Counted from the whole stretch's first letter, positions 28,754 through 42,076 are shown. The stretch: DNA of 63,597 bases, filler included, from Octopus bimaculoides (GCF_001194135.2; 6 parts of 5 records of this genome joined end to end with filler, not necessarily neighbours in it); one strand, 5' to 3'. Translations and numbers: made by a program. Notes: generated by a model not told the origin, from the sequence alone.

Positions 28754-29189
28754 CACACATACTATATATAAATATATGTATATGCGTTGCGTGCGTGCGC
28801 TGTATATATGAATATATAAAGCTGAATGCAACGTGCACGACCACATGGCAGTATGTTTTGTCTTTGGAGAAACAGACAGCATTCAAAAATAAATTACAGG
28901 AGACAGTGAAATTATTAGTAAGGTTCATATTTATAGGAACGCTAATCGTCACACCCACAAACACACACACTCGCGCGCGCGCACACATGCACATGCTATT
29001 TGTTGAAAGTGATGTTGTTTGTTCTAACAGCATTAGTTTAATAATAGTAGTAGTAGCAATTGCTGTTCTTTCTGTTATTGTTAGTATTATTGAGTGAGAG
29101 AGCAGTGCATGCCATCAAAGGGACACTAGGGTACAAATGTACGAAGCCCAATATACCCATCATGACTACCCGTCTGATAAGGGTAGTCA

Positions 29190-32100
29190 AAGCATCGATG
29201 AGGGAATTAGAAGCATGGGAGAGGCAATTCAAAGCATTGATGAGGGAATTAGAAGCATGGAAGAGGCAATTAGAAATCTGGATGAGGCAATTAGAAGCAC
29301 GGATGAGGCAATTAGAAGCATGGATGAGGCAATTCGAAGTATGGCTGGGGCAATTAGAAGCACAGACGAGGCAACTGGATGAAGATAACGCAATTAGAAG
29401 CATGGCTGATGCTACTAAAAGCATGGATAAGTCTATCAGAAGTATGGAAGATTAAAAGCATAGATGAGGCAATTAGAAGCATGGAAGAAGCAAGTGGAAG
29501 CATGGAAGAGGCAATTAAAACATGGATGAGGCAATTAGAAGCATGGAAAAGGCAATTAGAAGCAGAGACGAGGCAATTACAAGCATGGCTGACGTAATTA
29601 GAAGCATGGGAGAGCCAATTAGATGAGGCTATTAAAACCATGGATGAGGCAATTAGAAGCATGGATGAGGCAACTAATAGCCTAGAGGAAGCAATTAGAA
29701 ACATGGTTGAGGCAAGTAGAAGCGTGGAAGAGGTAATTAGAAGCATGGATGCTGGAATTAGAAGAATGGATGAGGCTATTGAAAGCATGGAATAGGCAAT
29801 TTGAAGCATGGAAGAGGCAATTAGACGCACGCTGAAACAATTAGTGGCATGGACGAGGCTATTAAAGGCATGGATGAGACAATTAGAAGCACTGTTGAGG
29901 CAATTAGAAACACGGATGATGTAAGTAGAAGCATGGAAGAGGTAACTAGAAGTTTGGATAAGGCAATTAGAAGTATGGCTGGGGCAACTAGAAGCACAGA
30001 CAAGGCAATTAGATGAAGATGAGGCAATTAGAAGCATGGCTGATGCTACTAAAAGCATGGATAAGTCTATCAGAAGCATAGATGAGGCAATTAGAAGCAT
30101 GGAAGAAGCAATTAGAAGCATGGAAGAGGCAATTAAAACACGGATGAGGCAATTAAATGCATGGAATAGGCAATTAGAAGCATGGAAAACACAATTAGAA
30201 GCATGGATGCAGCAATTAGAAGAATGGATGAGGCAATTAGAAGCATGGAAGAGGCAATTTGAAGTATGGAAGAGGCAATTTGAAGCATGGAAGAGGCAAT
30301 TAGAAGCATGGGAGAGCCCATTAGAAGCATGGATGAGACGATTAGAAGAATGGATGAGGCAATTCAATGCATGGCTGAAGCTATTTATTGAATGGCTGAG
30401 GCAATTAGGAGCATGGAAGAGGCAATTAGAAGCATGCATGAGGCAATCCGAAGCAATTAGAAGCATGGCTGAGGCTATTAAAACCATGGATGAGGCACTG
30501 AGAAGCATGGAACATGCAATTAGAAGAATGGATGAGGCAATTTGAAGCATGGAAGAGGAAATTAGAACCATGACTAAGGCGATTAGAAGCAATTACGAGG
30601 CAATTAGAAGCATAGATGAGGCAATTAGAAGCATGGCTGACGTAATTAGAAGCATGGGAAAGGCAATTAGAAGCATGGATGAGGCAATTAGAAGCATGGA
30701 TGAGACAATTAGAAGCATGGGAGAGGCAATTAGAAGCATGGATGAGACAATTAGAAGCACGAAAGAGGCAATTAGAAGCATTGCTGGAGCAATTAGAAGC
30801 ATGGATTGAGGCAATGAAAAGCACGGCTGAGGCTACTCAAAGCTTGGGTGAGGCAATTTGAAGCATGGAAGAGGCAATTTAAATCATGGATGAGGCAATT
30901 AGAAGCATGGATGAAGCAATTAAAATCATGGATGAGGCAATTAAAAGCATGGATGAGGCAAACAGAAGCAGGNNNNNNNNNNNNNNNNNNNNNNNNNNNN
31001 NNNNNNNNNNNNNNNNNNNNNNNNNNNNNNNNNNNNNNNNNNNNNNNNNNNNNNNNNNNNNNNNNNNNNNNNNNNNNNNNNNNNNNNNNNNNNNNNNNNN
31101 NNNNNNNNNNNNNNNNNNNNNNNNNNNNNNNNNNNNNNNNNNNNNNNNNNNNNNNNNNNNNNNNNNNNNNNNNNNNNNNNNNNNNNNNNNNNNNNNNNNN
31201 NNNNNNNNNNNNNNATGAGGCAATTAGAAGCACAGCTGAGGCAATTACAAGCATGGATGAGACAATTAGAAGCATAGATGAGGCAATTGAAGCATAGGAG
31301 AGATTTTTAGAAGCATGGCTGTGGCAATTAGAAGCATGGATGAGGCAATGAGAATCATGCATGCACGAGGCAATTAGAAGCATGGAAGATGCAATTAGAA
31401 GCATGGATGAGGCAATTAGAAGCATGTAAGAGGCAATTGGAAGTATGGCTGACGTAATTAGAAGCATGGGAGAGGCAATTAGAAGCACGGCTGAGGCTAC
31501 TCAAAGCTTGGGTGAGGCAATTTGAAGCATGGAAGAGGCAATTAGAAGTATGGATGAAGCAATTAGAATAATTGCTGGAGCAATTAGAAGCATGGAAGAG
31601 GGAATTAGAAGCATGGAAGAGGTTATTGGAAAACTGGATGATGCAATTAGAAGCATGGGTGAGGCAATTAGAAGCATGGAAGTGGCAATTAGAAGCATGC
31701 ATGAGGCAATTAGAAGCATGGAAGAGTCAGTTAGAAGCACGCTGAAGCAATTAGAGGCCTGGATGAGTCAATTGAAAGCATGGCTGAGGTCATTCAAAGA
31801 ATGGATGAAGCAATTAGAATCATGGATGAGGCAATTAGAAGTATGGAAGAAGCAATTAAAAGCTTGAAAGAAGCAATTAAAAGCATGGATGAGACAATTA
31901 GAAGCATAGATGAGGCAATTGAAGCACAGAAGAGGCTTTTAGAAGCATGGCTATGGCAATTAGAAGCATGGAAGTGGCAATTAGAAGCATGGATGAGGCA
32001 ATTAGAAGCATGGAAGAGGCAATTAGAAGCATGGATGAGGCAATTAGAAGTATGGCTGACGTAATTAGAAGCATGGGAGAGGCANNNNNNNNNNGAAGCA

Positions 32101-32407
32101 TGGATGAGGCAATTAGAAGTATGGCTGACGTAATTAGAAGCATGGGAGAGGCAATTAGAAGCACGGCTGAGGCTACTCAAAGCTTGGGTGAGGCAATTTG
32201 AAGCATGGAAGAGGCAATTAGAAGCATGAATGAGGCAATTAGAAGCATGGAAGAGGCAATTAGAAGCACGCTGAAGCAATTAGAGGCATGGATGAGTCAA
32301 TTGAAAGCATGGTTGTGGCCATTCAAAGAATGGATGAGGCAATTAGAAGCATGGATGAGACAATTGGAAGACTGGATGAAGCAATTAGAAGCATGGCTGA
32401 GGTCATT
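29190..32407 (+). repeat. 21-bp minisatellite array, consensus GAGGCAATTAGAAGCATGGAT, with higher-order blocks
   Basis: About 3.2 kb including gaps, truncated by the scaffold boundary. Variant blocks recur about 635-675 bp apart. Confidence 0.95.
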
Positions 32408-32507
32408 NNNNNNNNNNNNNNNNNNNNNNNNNNNNNNNNNNNNNNNNNNNNTTAATTAATTAANNNNNNNNNNNNNNNNNNNNNNNNNNNNNNNNNNNNN
32501 NNNNNNN

Positions 32508-32539
<32 letters not shown>

Positions 32540-32944
32540 GTATATTCTCTTATTCTTTTATTTGTTCCAGGCATTTGACTGCGGCCATGCTGGAGCATCG
32601 CCTATAGTCGAGCAAATTGACCCTAGGACTTAATCTTTGTAAGCCTAATACTTATTCTATCAGTTTTTTTTTTGCCGAACCGCTAAGTTACTGGGACGTA
32701 ACACCAGCACACACACACCAGCATCGGTTGTCTTTGAAAAATAAAAGAAGTATAAAAAAAATCCGCATTATCTACGGGATGATCTAATATGTAAATGTAT
32801 GTAAATGTGCGTATGTATGTGTTTATGTAAATCTCCATTAGAACATTAAACAAAAATGTTTTGCGTTATTTTATTACCGTTGTTTACACTGTGGGTTCAA
32901 ATCCCGCCGATGCTGCCTCTTTTTTAATCTAAAATATACTCTCC

Positions 32945-33752
32945 TTAATTTCCTACAATGCTCTTACATTTATCGGGTAGATGTGTAAGACCTCTATTCC
33001 AAAATTCATTTGTCCGCGACGAAAAATACTCCTCTAGTACTGTTCTGATCTCTTCTACAAAATTCGTATTTTTTCCATCCAAATGGTTTCGAAGACTGCA
33101 GTATGAATTATAATCAAATGGGGCAATGTCCGACGAATATGGTGGGTGAGGCATCGTTTCCCATTCAAACTGCTCCAGCCTTTGGAATGTCATCTTCGCT
33201 GTATGTGGCCGAGCATTATCCTGATGGAAGAACACCTTTCGTCTTGAAACCAAAGATGGTCGTTTTTCTTCTAGCGCTGACTTGAACGACTGGTTGAATG
33301 ACCAAATCCAGGCTTTTCTGCTAGTTCCTCAACAGTTACGATGCGTCTTTGTTCCACCAGGGTTTGCGAAGTCTTCGTCGAGCTCTACAGGTCTTTCAGG
33401 ACGAGGCTCGTCTCCTAGGCTGTAGTTTCCAGTTTGGAGTTTCTTACGCTTACTGTCCGATTCTCATATACTGCATTAATATTCCTCGGACTTTCCGTTG
33501 CGTTGTTGCCTTCATTGAACTCATAAAGCAAAAAATATGCCGAATATGCTCCTTTATCACTTCCATTATAGCTTTGAAAAAATAACTGTTAAAATCGAAC
33601 TGCATTCTTCAAAACTTGCACTAAGAATAAGGACGGAGTAAAATTACTACCTGCTTTTATAGCAAGTTGATGCAGGTAGTTTATCCCATCCCCCTCCGAC
33701 TTTTACTTCATGCCATTGAAAAAACCGCATTATTTATGGGATGACCCCATAC
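32945..33752 (-). mobile_element. Internally deleted, defective mariner transposon
   Basis: ATG at 33566 gives MEVIKEHIRHIF..YEFNEGNNATES..DEPRPERPVELDED..EELAEK, then after a deletion FHQDNARPHTAK...HPPYSSDIAPFDY. A TIR-like end CCGCATTATTTATGGGATGACCCCA-TA lies at about 33725-33752. Confidence 0.88.
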
Positions 33753-33879
33753 ATACATACATACATACATACATACGTACGTACGTGCTTACGTACATAC
33801 GTATGTCTGTATGTGTGCCGTCATCAAATTGAAATATAAGAAGCAAACGATGAGCTAAGATGTGAAGTGATAACCTAAG

Positions 33880-34310
33880 ATAAATTCAAAATAATAAGAA
33901 GAAAAATAAATACAAAATAATAAAAAAAGATAAATTCAAAATAATGAAAAAAAGATTTACACACAGAAAGCTTAAATCGTTGATGTACATTTGTACATTA
34001 TAAGAAACGTCACGTCAGTTGGATAAACACGTGACATCGTAATGGTTGTTTAGTTGAAGCACATTTCCAAAGACAATACAGAGTGTTTGTGACAAGTCCA
34101 TTTTCTCAGCATCGGACTAGAATTTACAGTTTAGGTCAATAATCACTTGAACCAGAAATCTATTTGAAGTATAATTTCAAATGATCGACCTATCGATCAC
34201 AATGTATCGTGAAATATCGGGAGCCGTTCTTAGGTGTGTAGTTGATCATTTCTAGTTGAGACACAGAGCTACAAATTGTAAGGATGGAGTTTGATCAGTT
34301 ATATTGATCC
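33880..34310 (+). repeat. Unclassified ~430-bp dispersed repeat, inverted partner at ~49600-50040
   Basis: ACACAGAAAGCTTAAATCGTTGATGTACATTTGTAC...TTGTAAGGATGGAGTTTGATCA matches the reverse complement of 49600-49950. Confidence 0.85.
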
Positions 34311-34809
34311 CTGTGATTGATTGGCAGGGACTTATTTTTTAATGACTTAAAGAAGGAAGGACACTCTATGATTGTTTTTTGAGTCTCAGACATCGGTGGA
34401 GGCCATGGATGGAGTTATCTTCAGACAAAAGATATGGCCTGAATGCTTGCAACAGAATGGATTTTGTTAAAAACATCCAAAGATCAGGTGGTGATGTTAA
34501 ACCGGGCGACCGACTCAGAACAGAAAAAAGTATTTTAATAGGTTTCTGCACAGTTTCTATCCACCAAATTCTACCAAATTCCACTCACGAGGCTCTTGGT
34601 GACTCGAAGCTATGGGAGTGAAAGTACTTGCCCAAGGTACCAAGCTGTGGGATTGAACTAGAACTCAGTTGTGTAAACACGCAGCCACGGCACCGAAAAG
34701 ATGAATGACAAATTGAATCACAGCAGGATTCGAACTCAGAACATTAATTAACATAACTAAATATCACAAGTCATTTTGCCTGATGCTCCACCGATTCTGA
34801 CTCACTTAA

Positions 34810-35049
34810 CCCTTTCAACCCGGAATTTTTCTGAATAAATTTTCTCAAGTCGGTAATGGCGGGGGGTTTGTACGCACGCGTGCCTTTTGAGCTGCCATTA
34901 TAGTGTCATACACTCCGATTATACGTCTGGCGCTACATACCAGAAAAACCGGATCGTACTATACTGCAATCACATAGAATGGGAATTTTTAGGACTTGGG
35001 TTGTAAAATTTTTGACTGATACAAATATGTACTAGCCGGGCTGAAGGGG
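34810..35049. mobile_element. piggyBac-type MITE (240 bp)
   Basis: TTAA|CCCTTTCAACCCGG ... CCGGGCTGAAGGGG|TTAA: terminal inverted repeats starting CCC, flanked by a TTAA target duplication. Confidence 0.8.
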
Positions 35050-35439
35050 TTAATGAATTCCTGTATCGTATCAATATTCAGTTTTAAGGAAAGTAACAGA
35101 ATCCACTGAAGCGAATTTACTCGAGGAATTAAAAGTAAAGTTAGCTTCAACAGAATTGGAACTCGGAACGTCGAGGAACGAAACTAAATGTTGTAACACA
35201 CTGAAACCACTGACCCACAGGCATAACGTGTCTCCTCTTTCTTTTCTATCGTCGCCGCTACAGTGGTCTCTCTCTACTCCACAGAACTAGCTGACCCGCC
35301 ACCACCACCATATCGACAAATTTAACCGAGAACCTCAATAAACCACTGGTACTTAATGGTTGTTGTTCTTATTTAGCCTCCGTTCAGTGCTCTTTAGCAG
35401 AACAATAGTTAATGTCGTCCCATTTGTGACCACCTCATT

Positions 35440-35720
35440 TTTTAGTCAGACGAGCGTTTGAGTTGATTCGAGCAACGGAACAGTCTACTCATGAAATCAA
35501 CGCGCAAGTTGCTGAGTATTCCACAGATACACACACCCTTAACGGAAGATTCAGCGTGACATACCCAATGTGACAAGGCTGGCCCCTTTGAATTACAGGT
35601 ACAACTAATTTTTGCCAGCTGAGTGGAGTGGAGCAATGTGAAATAGAGTATCTTGCTCAAGGACACAACACACAGACCGATCCGAGAATCGAACTCATGA
35701 TCCGAATATATTAACCACTA
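35440..35720 (-). mobile_element. Diverged family C-related SINE
   Basis: Shares GCTGAGTATTCCACAGATAC and GTGACAAGGCTGGCCCCTTTGAATTACAGGTACA with family C copies. Confidence 0.6.
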
Positions 35721-36029
35721 AAACACTCACCTTCACATTCAAACAGTATATCTAGGATATATTATCCAGTGTCTCTCATTTTTTTAAGATAGTAGGATAT
35801 GATCTGAGAACAATTTAGGTGTTGTTTCTAGCAAGTCAAGCGACCGTGTAGAAAAGAGATTCCCAATTTTTTTAATCTGTCGAGCCTATTACAAACTTGT
35901 AGTGTCCCTATCAATCCCTAATTTTTTTTTCTTGAATTTTTATTTATAACAATATAAACATGTAATTCTTTTGGAATATTGTCATTTTATACGATTTTGC
36001 TGGCAAATTTTTAAAGTAACATAATCATA

Positions 36030-36790
36030 TAGGCGCAGGAGTGGCTTGCTAACCAACCACATGGTTCCGGGATCAGTACTACTGCGTGGCACCTTGAACG
36101 AGTGTCTTCTACTGTAGCTTCGGGCCGACCAAAGCCTTGTGAGTGGATTTGGTAGACGGAAACTGAAAGAAGCCCGTCGTATGTATATATATATATATAT
36201 ACATATATGTGTGTGTGTGTGTGTGTGTGTGTTATTTCTTTACTACCCACAAGGGGCTACACACAGAGGGGACAAACAAAGACAGACAAACGGATTAAGT
36301 CGATTATATCGACCCCAGTGCGTAACTGGTACTTATTTAATCGACCNNNNNNNNNNNNNNNNNNNNNNNNNNNNNNNNNNNNNNNNNNNNNNNNNNNNNN
36401 NNNNNNNNNNNNNNNNNNNNNNNNNNNNNNNNNNNNNNNNNNNNNNNNNNNNNNNNNNNNNNNNNNNNNNNNNNNNNNNNNNNNNNNNNNNNNNNNNNNN
36501 NNNNNNNNNNNNNNNNNNNNNNNNNGTGTGTGTGTGTGTGTGTGTGTGTGCGTGCGTGTGTGCGCGTGTGTGTGCGTGCGTGTGTCCGTGTTTGTCCTCC
36601 AACATAGCTTGACAACCGATGCTGGTGTGTTTACGTCCCAGTAACTTAGTGGTTCAGCATAAGAGACCGATAGAATAAGTACTAGGCTTACAAAGAATAA
36701 GTCCTGAGTTCGATTTGCTCGACTAAAGGTGGTGCTCCAGCATGGTCGCAGTCAAATGACTGAAACAAGTAAAAGAATAAAAGAACAAAA
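36030..36790 (+). mobile_element. SINE family B with a nested antisense family A tail in its central microsatellite
   Basis: 5' half at 36030-36180 (AGGCGCAGGAGTGGC), antisense family A tail at 36236-36346, a gap, then the 3' half at 36585-36790. Confidence 0.75.
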
Positions 36791-38952
36791 GAATTTATTT
36801 ACACGAAAGAAAATTACCGGAGAACTTGCATCAAATTCTTCCAAATCTTTCTGCTAAAAACTATGGAAACCATTTGTGGAGAATGCTCTCAAAAAGTATG
36901 GTAATCTCGGCGTGAATTCAAAAGAGAGTTTATGGGATGTGTACATTGTTAAAGTCAATTTGTTATCAACGATAACCTATTTCAAATAATTTAAACTATC
37001 GATTGTAAGGGTCAATCAGCTTTTATATACCATTGACCCCCACTTTATGGAATCGTTGATAGCTTATCGACCCTCATCATGTAATCTTCTAAAATAAAAT
37101 TAAAAAGTATAATTAATAATAATTTATTGATTGGAAATCAATAGTTCCTTCGTACTTGTGTGTCATTATCGCTTTTTAATAAGAAATAATTTTTAAAACT
37201 TAATGAAAATACTTAAAGAAACTGATAAAAAAAAACAATCAAAATTCGGTTCTATTAAACTGATACAGTCGGAATATTTAATACGAAATATTTGTTTGGT
37301 GAATACAAGTTTTTGCATCGATGGAAATTAGTGAGTTTTAGTCTTAAATTACTCGCACTCATCTGGGTTTAGTTTGCTAATAATTCAGAACCGATTGCTC
37401 AAAATCATTTCAGGTGTTTATCGATCCCTCGGATAGCCACATAGATCCCCAGGTGTCAATACTAACCACTTTACCGTGATGGAAAAGTTATTAAATAAAC
37501 CTATTTTTAGTAGTGATTAAATATTATAAAAGTGTCTTTCAAAGGTTAACATTGATCATTGTTAGGAATCAAGAGAGAGATTATTTACCTCACCACATGT
37601 CCGGAAGTGACTAATATTGACAATGAGATAAGCATAAAAAAAGTCCCGCCAAATGTTTTTCAAATGAAATTTTGGTAGATCTTATTTTATTACATTTACA
37701 AATGGATAAGTGACTGATTCATATGCAATTTCTTATTTCTTTATCGCCCACAAAGGACTAAACATAGAGGAGACAAACAAGGACAGAGAAAGGGATTAAG
37801 TCGGCTACATCGACCCCAGTGCGAAACTGGTACTTAATTTATCGATCCTGAAAGGATGAAAGGCAAAGTCGATCTCGGCGGAATTTGAACTCAGAACATA
37901 AAGACAGACGAAATACCGCTAAGTATTTCATCCGGCGTGCTAACGTTTCTGTCAGCTCGCCGCCTTTATATGCAATTTCTTTAAACATAAAATCTTCGCC
38001 AAACTCAGAATCAATAGTCATGAGAAAATATAAAATAGCAATTGGGAGAAAATAAGATCGGGTTAGGGCATGTTATTAATGCAGTGGAATTGAATAAAAT
38101 AAAGCATAAAAGGATTATAAAATTCTCAATGAGGTGAATGGTTCAGATGACCGGTCACCATATCAGCCATTTGAAAGATTTCTGTGTTTACTTCCCAATG
38201 TATTTATATGACAAAAATTAGTTTCGAGCTTATAAGAATTTAGAAATTGTCGTAAAAACATGTCGGCAGTCGCCCCAAGATTGTAGTGTTTCCGTTGTTT
38301 CAGAAATCACTAAATCTTTTATATTCTACCGAGACCTGTTGTCCGAGATCTAAGTGTTCAGACAATTCCTCTAAGTTCCTCTTATTGCCTGCATTTTGTA
38401 TTTCAACATTGACCAGAGAAATGTTTCTTGTCAAGAACCTGCATAGTCTCAGATGTTAAAGACTTTCTTTAAATTTTTGTGGTCTCGTGGTAGGTTATTG
38501 CCCTCACGATCGCAAGGTCGCTGTTTCATTCAATTCATGGACCGGTTGGTGCGTTGTGAGTTCTTGAGCAAGACACTTCATTTCACGTTTCTCCAGTTCA
38601 CTCAGCTGTAAATGAGTAAAACTGCAACGGAATGGTGTCCCGTTCAAGGAGAATGTTGTAATCTCTGGTGTTGATATGCCAAGGAAACCGGGTAACCGGC
38701 CCTGTGTGTCCTAGGACTCGAAATAGTAATGTTCAGGGGTTGATGTTGATGAGGATGATGACGGTGATGGTGGTGGGTTGCGGCGGCGGTGGTGTTGGCG
38801 GTTATGTTGTATAAAACTAATGGGTTCTTTCATCGCTTCTTGTTCCAGTCACGGTAACATAAGGACACAGGAAATGTGTCAAGGCTGACAGGAAGCGCTG
38901 CTGCTTCCTAGGGCTAAATAGCAGTAGTGTTATTCTCTTCATGGGACTGTCT

Positions 38953-38983
<31 letters not shown>

Positions 38984-38984
<1 letters not shown>

Positions 38985-39305
38985 TAGGCGCAGGAGTGGC
39001 TGTGTGGCAAGTAGCTTGCTTACCAACTACATAGTTCCGGGTTCAGTCTCACTGCGTGACATCCTGGGTGAGTGTCTTCTACTACAGCCCAGGACCGACC
39101 AAAGCCTTGTGAGTGGATTTAGTAGACGGAAGCTGAAAGAAGCTTGTTGCATGTGTGTGTGTGTGCGTGTGTGTGTGTGTGTGTGTGTATTTCTCCCCCA
39201 CCATCGTTTGTTGGTATGTTTTCGTCCCCGTAACTTAGCGGTTCGGCAAAAGAGAACGATAGGCTTACAAAGAATAAGTCCTGGGGTCGATTTGCTCGAC
39301 TAAAG
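38984..39305 (+). mobile_element. SINE family B
   Basis: AGGCGCAGGAGTGGCTGTGTGG head, (TG)n centre and truncated 3' half. Confidence 0.8.
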
Positions 39306-39306
39306 G

Positions 39307-39346
<40 letters not shown>

Positions 39347-39556
39347 NNNNNNNNNNNNNNNNNNNNNNNNNNNNNNNNNNNNNNNNNNNNNNNNNNNNNN
39401 NNNNNNNNNNNNNNNNNNNNNNNNNNNNNNNNNNNNNNNNNNNNNNNNNNNNNNNNNNNNNNNNNNNNNNNNNNNNNNNNNNNNNNNNNNNNNNNNNNNN
39501 NNNNNNNNNNNNNNNNNNNNNNNNNNNNNNNNNNNNGGGCAATAAAGAAATTAAAA

Positions 39557-39607
<51 letters not shown>

Positions 39608-41177
39608 GTTATTATTACTACTACTACTAAAGGCGGCGAGCTAGCAGAATCGTTAGCACCTCAGGCAAAGTGGTTAGCGGCATTTCGTCTGCTGCTACGT
39701 TCTGAGATCAAATTCCGCCGAAGTGGATTTTACCTTTCATCCTTTCTGGGTCGATAAAATAAGTACCAGTTGAACAGTTGAACAGTCGATGTTATCGTCT
39801 CCCCCCACCCCACCCCACACACATACACTGAAATTGCTGACCTTGTGTCGAAATTTTGGAATCAATATCGACTTTTCTCGTATCTTCTCGTTTAAGTTGC
39901 TAATGTACACTGACAAACGTGAAAGACATTCTAGAATTGCTCGGAAAACATTACACGCGCGCGCTTTTAAACGTGCGTACCAACGCAGTCACACACGTAT
40001 CTATATCTATGTCTTTATCTCTCTCCCTCTTTATATGTGTGTGTGTGTGTGTCCGTGTCCGAGTAATTTTGCGCATTTGAGAAGTACATGCTTGGTTATG
40101 GCATATGACCGTTGAGGAAGTTAACATTAGTTTCGCGTCTGCCATTGCACTGGGCAATGTAGACAATGAAAGATATCTTAACATGGTTTTGTAAGGGGGA
40201 AATGTATGTTTCTGTGCGCGTAAATACAATGTAACAATATTCTGGAATAAAATATGAAACCATATTTACTATTGTACAAGTGTCGTGTTTCAATTTTATC
40301 CTCCTTCAAATAAATTGTATAGTTGTTTATAATTTGGTCAAGGATGTGAAAATAGTATTTTCCCGGCAGTAATGTTTTGGGGAACCACGGCTGCTCACTA
40401 GGGTGGTGCAACACCGCTCTGATTTTGTTGTTGTCATCCACTCATAACTTGTTGCCAGGCCGAAGAAAGTTTAAGGTTCCTTTCATCTTTCTGGGAAATT
40501 TTTTTTATCTAGTTAATGAATAAATGTTTCTTTAAGGTAACGCAGTCATTAAATAATATAAGGCAGGCTCGGAGAAGTGGGTACAAAGAGATAATGTGAC
40601 CTACCCACATAACTCCCGATGTACCACAAGCAATATTTTTGTTGATAATTTGACTTTTTCTCAATACTTCATCATTGGTAACCATTATTGTGCAATTCCT
40701 TGCCTATGGCACTGGGTCTCCATAACATGATTTACGATGGGTATGAGACATTTTGGCACAGCGGTTTTGGCGTCGCTGATTCGATGCTGACTTATTTGAC
40801 ATCAGGTATTTCAAGGTTTCTCTCGTTTTAATGTTTTTCGTTTTAATAGTTCTCTCATTCTTTCCCTCCCATCCTCTCTCTCTCTTCTCTCTCTCTCTTC
40901 TCTCTCTCTCTTTCTCTCTCTCTCTCTTTCTCTCTCACTCTCTTTCTCTCTTTCTCTCTCTCTCTCTCTTCCTCGCTGTGCGCGTGTGTTTATGTGTGTG
41001 TATATCCCTTTTTATGAGTGAGGAGAGGGGAAATTATTATGTGAATAGTGTTTAATTGAAAAACTGTAATGTCTCTCTCTCCCTTGTCTTCTTCTATCTC
41101 CTTCTCTCTCTCCCTCTCATCCTCTCCCCTCTCTCTCTCTCTCACACACACTTTTTCTATCTGAATGTATATATTTC

Positions 41178-41225
<48 letters not shown>

Positions 41226-41539
41226 TGTATATGTATGCGTGTATGTGTCCGTGTGTGTGTGTGTGTGTGTGCTTGCGTGCGTGTGTGCCTGTTTACCTCC
41301 AGTGCCAAAAAGTACTGTCGCTAAAACAGTCAGCTGCTCCAAATCGTCTCATTCCGGCGCATAGCAATTTTTCCACGCAATTCAAAATATATAAAACCAC
41401 ACACACACACACACTCCGCCAAATGCAGTAAGCGGTTTATTACGAAGCGAAGTTATTGATTAGCATTTTGATCGGTTCTTATTGAGTTGACTTCAGATCA
41501 AAGACATTCCAGCCATGACTATTCTGTCTACTTTTCAGG

Positions 41540-41760
41540 CATAGCGAGCTGGCAGAAACGTTGGCACGCCGGGCGAAATGCTTAGCGGTATTTCGTCTGT
41601 CTTTACATTCTGAGTTCAAATTCCGCCGAGGTCGACTTTGCCTTTCATCCTTTCGGAGGTCGATAAACTGAGTACCAGTTGCGTACTGGGGATCGATCTA
41701 ATCGACTGGCACTCCTCCCAAAAAATGTCGGGCCTTGTACCTAGAGTAGAAAAGGGTGTT
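41540..41760 (+). mobile_element. SINE family A (tRNA-derived)
   Basis: GGCGAGCTGGCAGAAACGTT (A box)...GAGTTCAAATTCCGCCGAGGTCGACTTTGCCTTTCATCC (B box). Other copies lie at about 37740-37965(-), 39630-39790, 46280-46460, 47980-48385 (two), 50845-51150, 14040-14310 and 49370-49600(-). Confidence 0.85.
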
Positions 41761-41879
41761 GATATAACATGAACTGTTATCCAATGTGTTCATTTGTAAG
41801 ACGGTATGGAGGTTACGTTCTATTTCTAGCAGGTCTCGCAACCACTTAGCGGCGTGAGTGATTTTTACAGCTGCTGCTG

Positions 41880-42019
<140 letters not shown>

Positions 42020-42076
42020 GAGTTAATATCACAAGTTACACCAAATATTTCTTCAGTGAGACTCTTGTCTCATTAT

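Noticed and set aside
29354-30824. Long minus-strand ORFs (MLLIASS)n and (HASNCLI)n
   Set aside because: These are the antisense reading of the 21-bp repeat, with no unique leader or splice support.
32755-32790. Second mariner TIR-like sequence as the partner end of the 32945-33752 element
   Set aside because: It is in the same orientation as the TIR at 33725, so it cannot close that element. It is probably a remnant of another copy.
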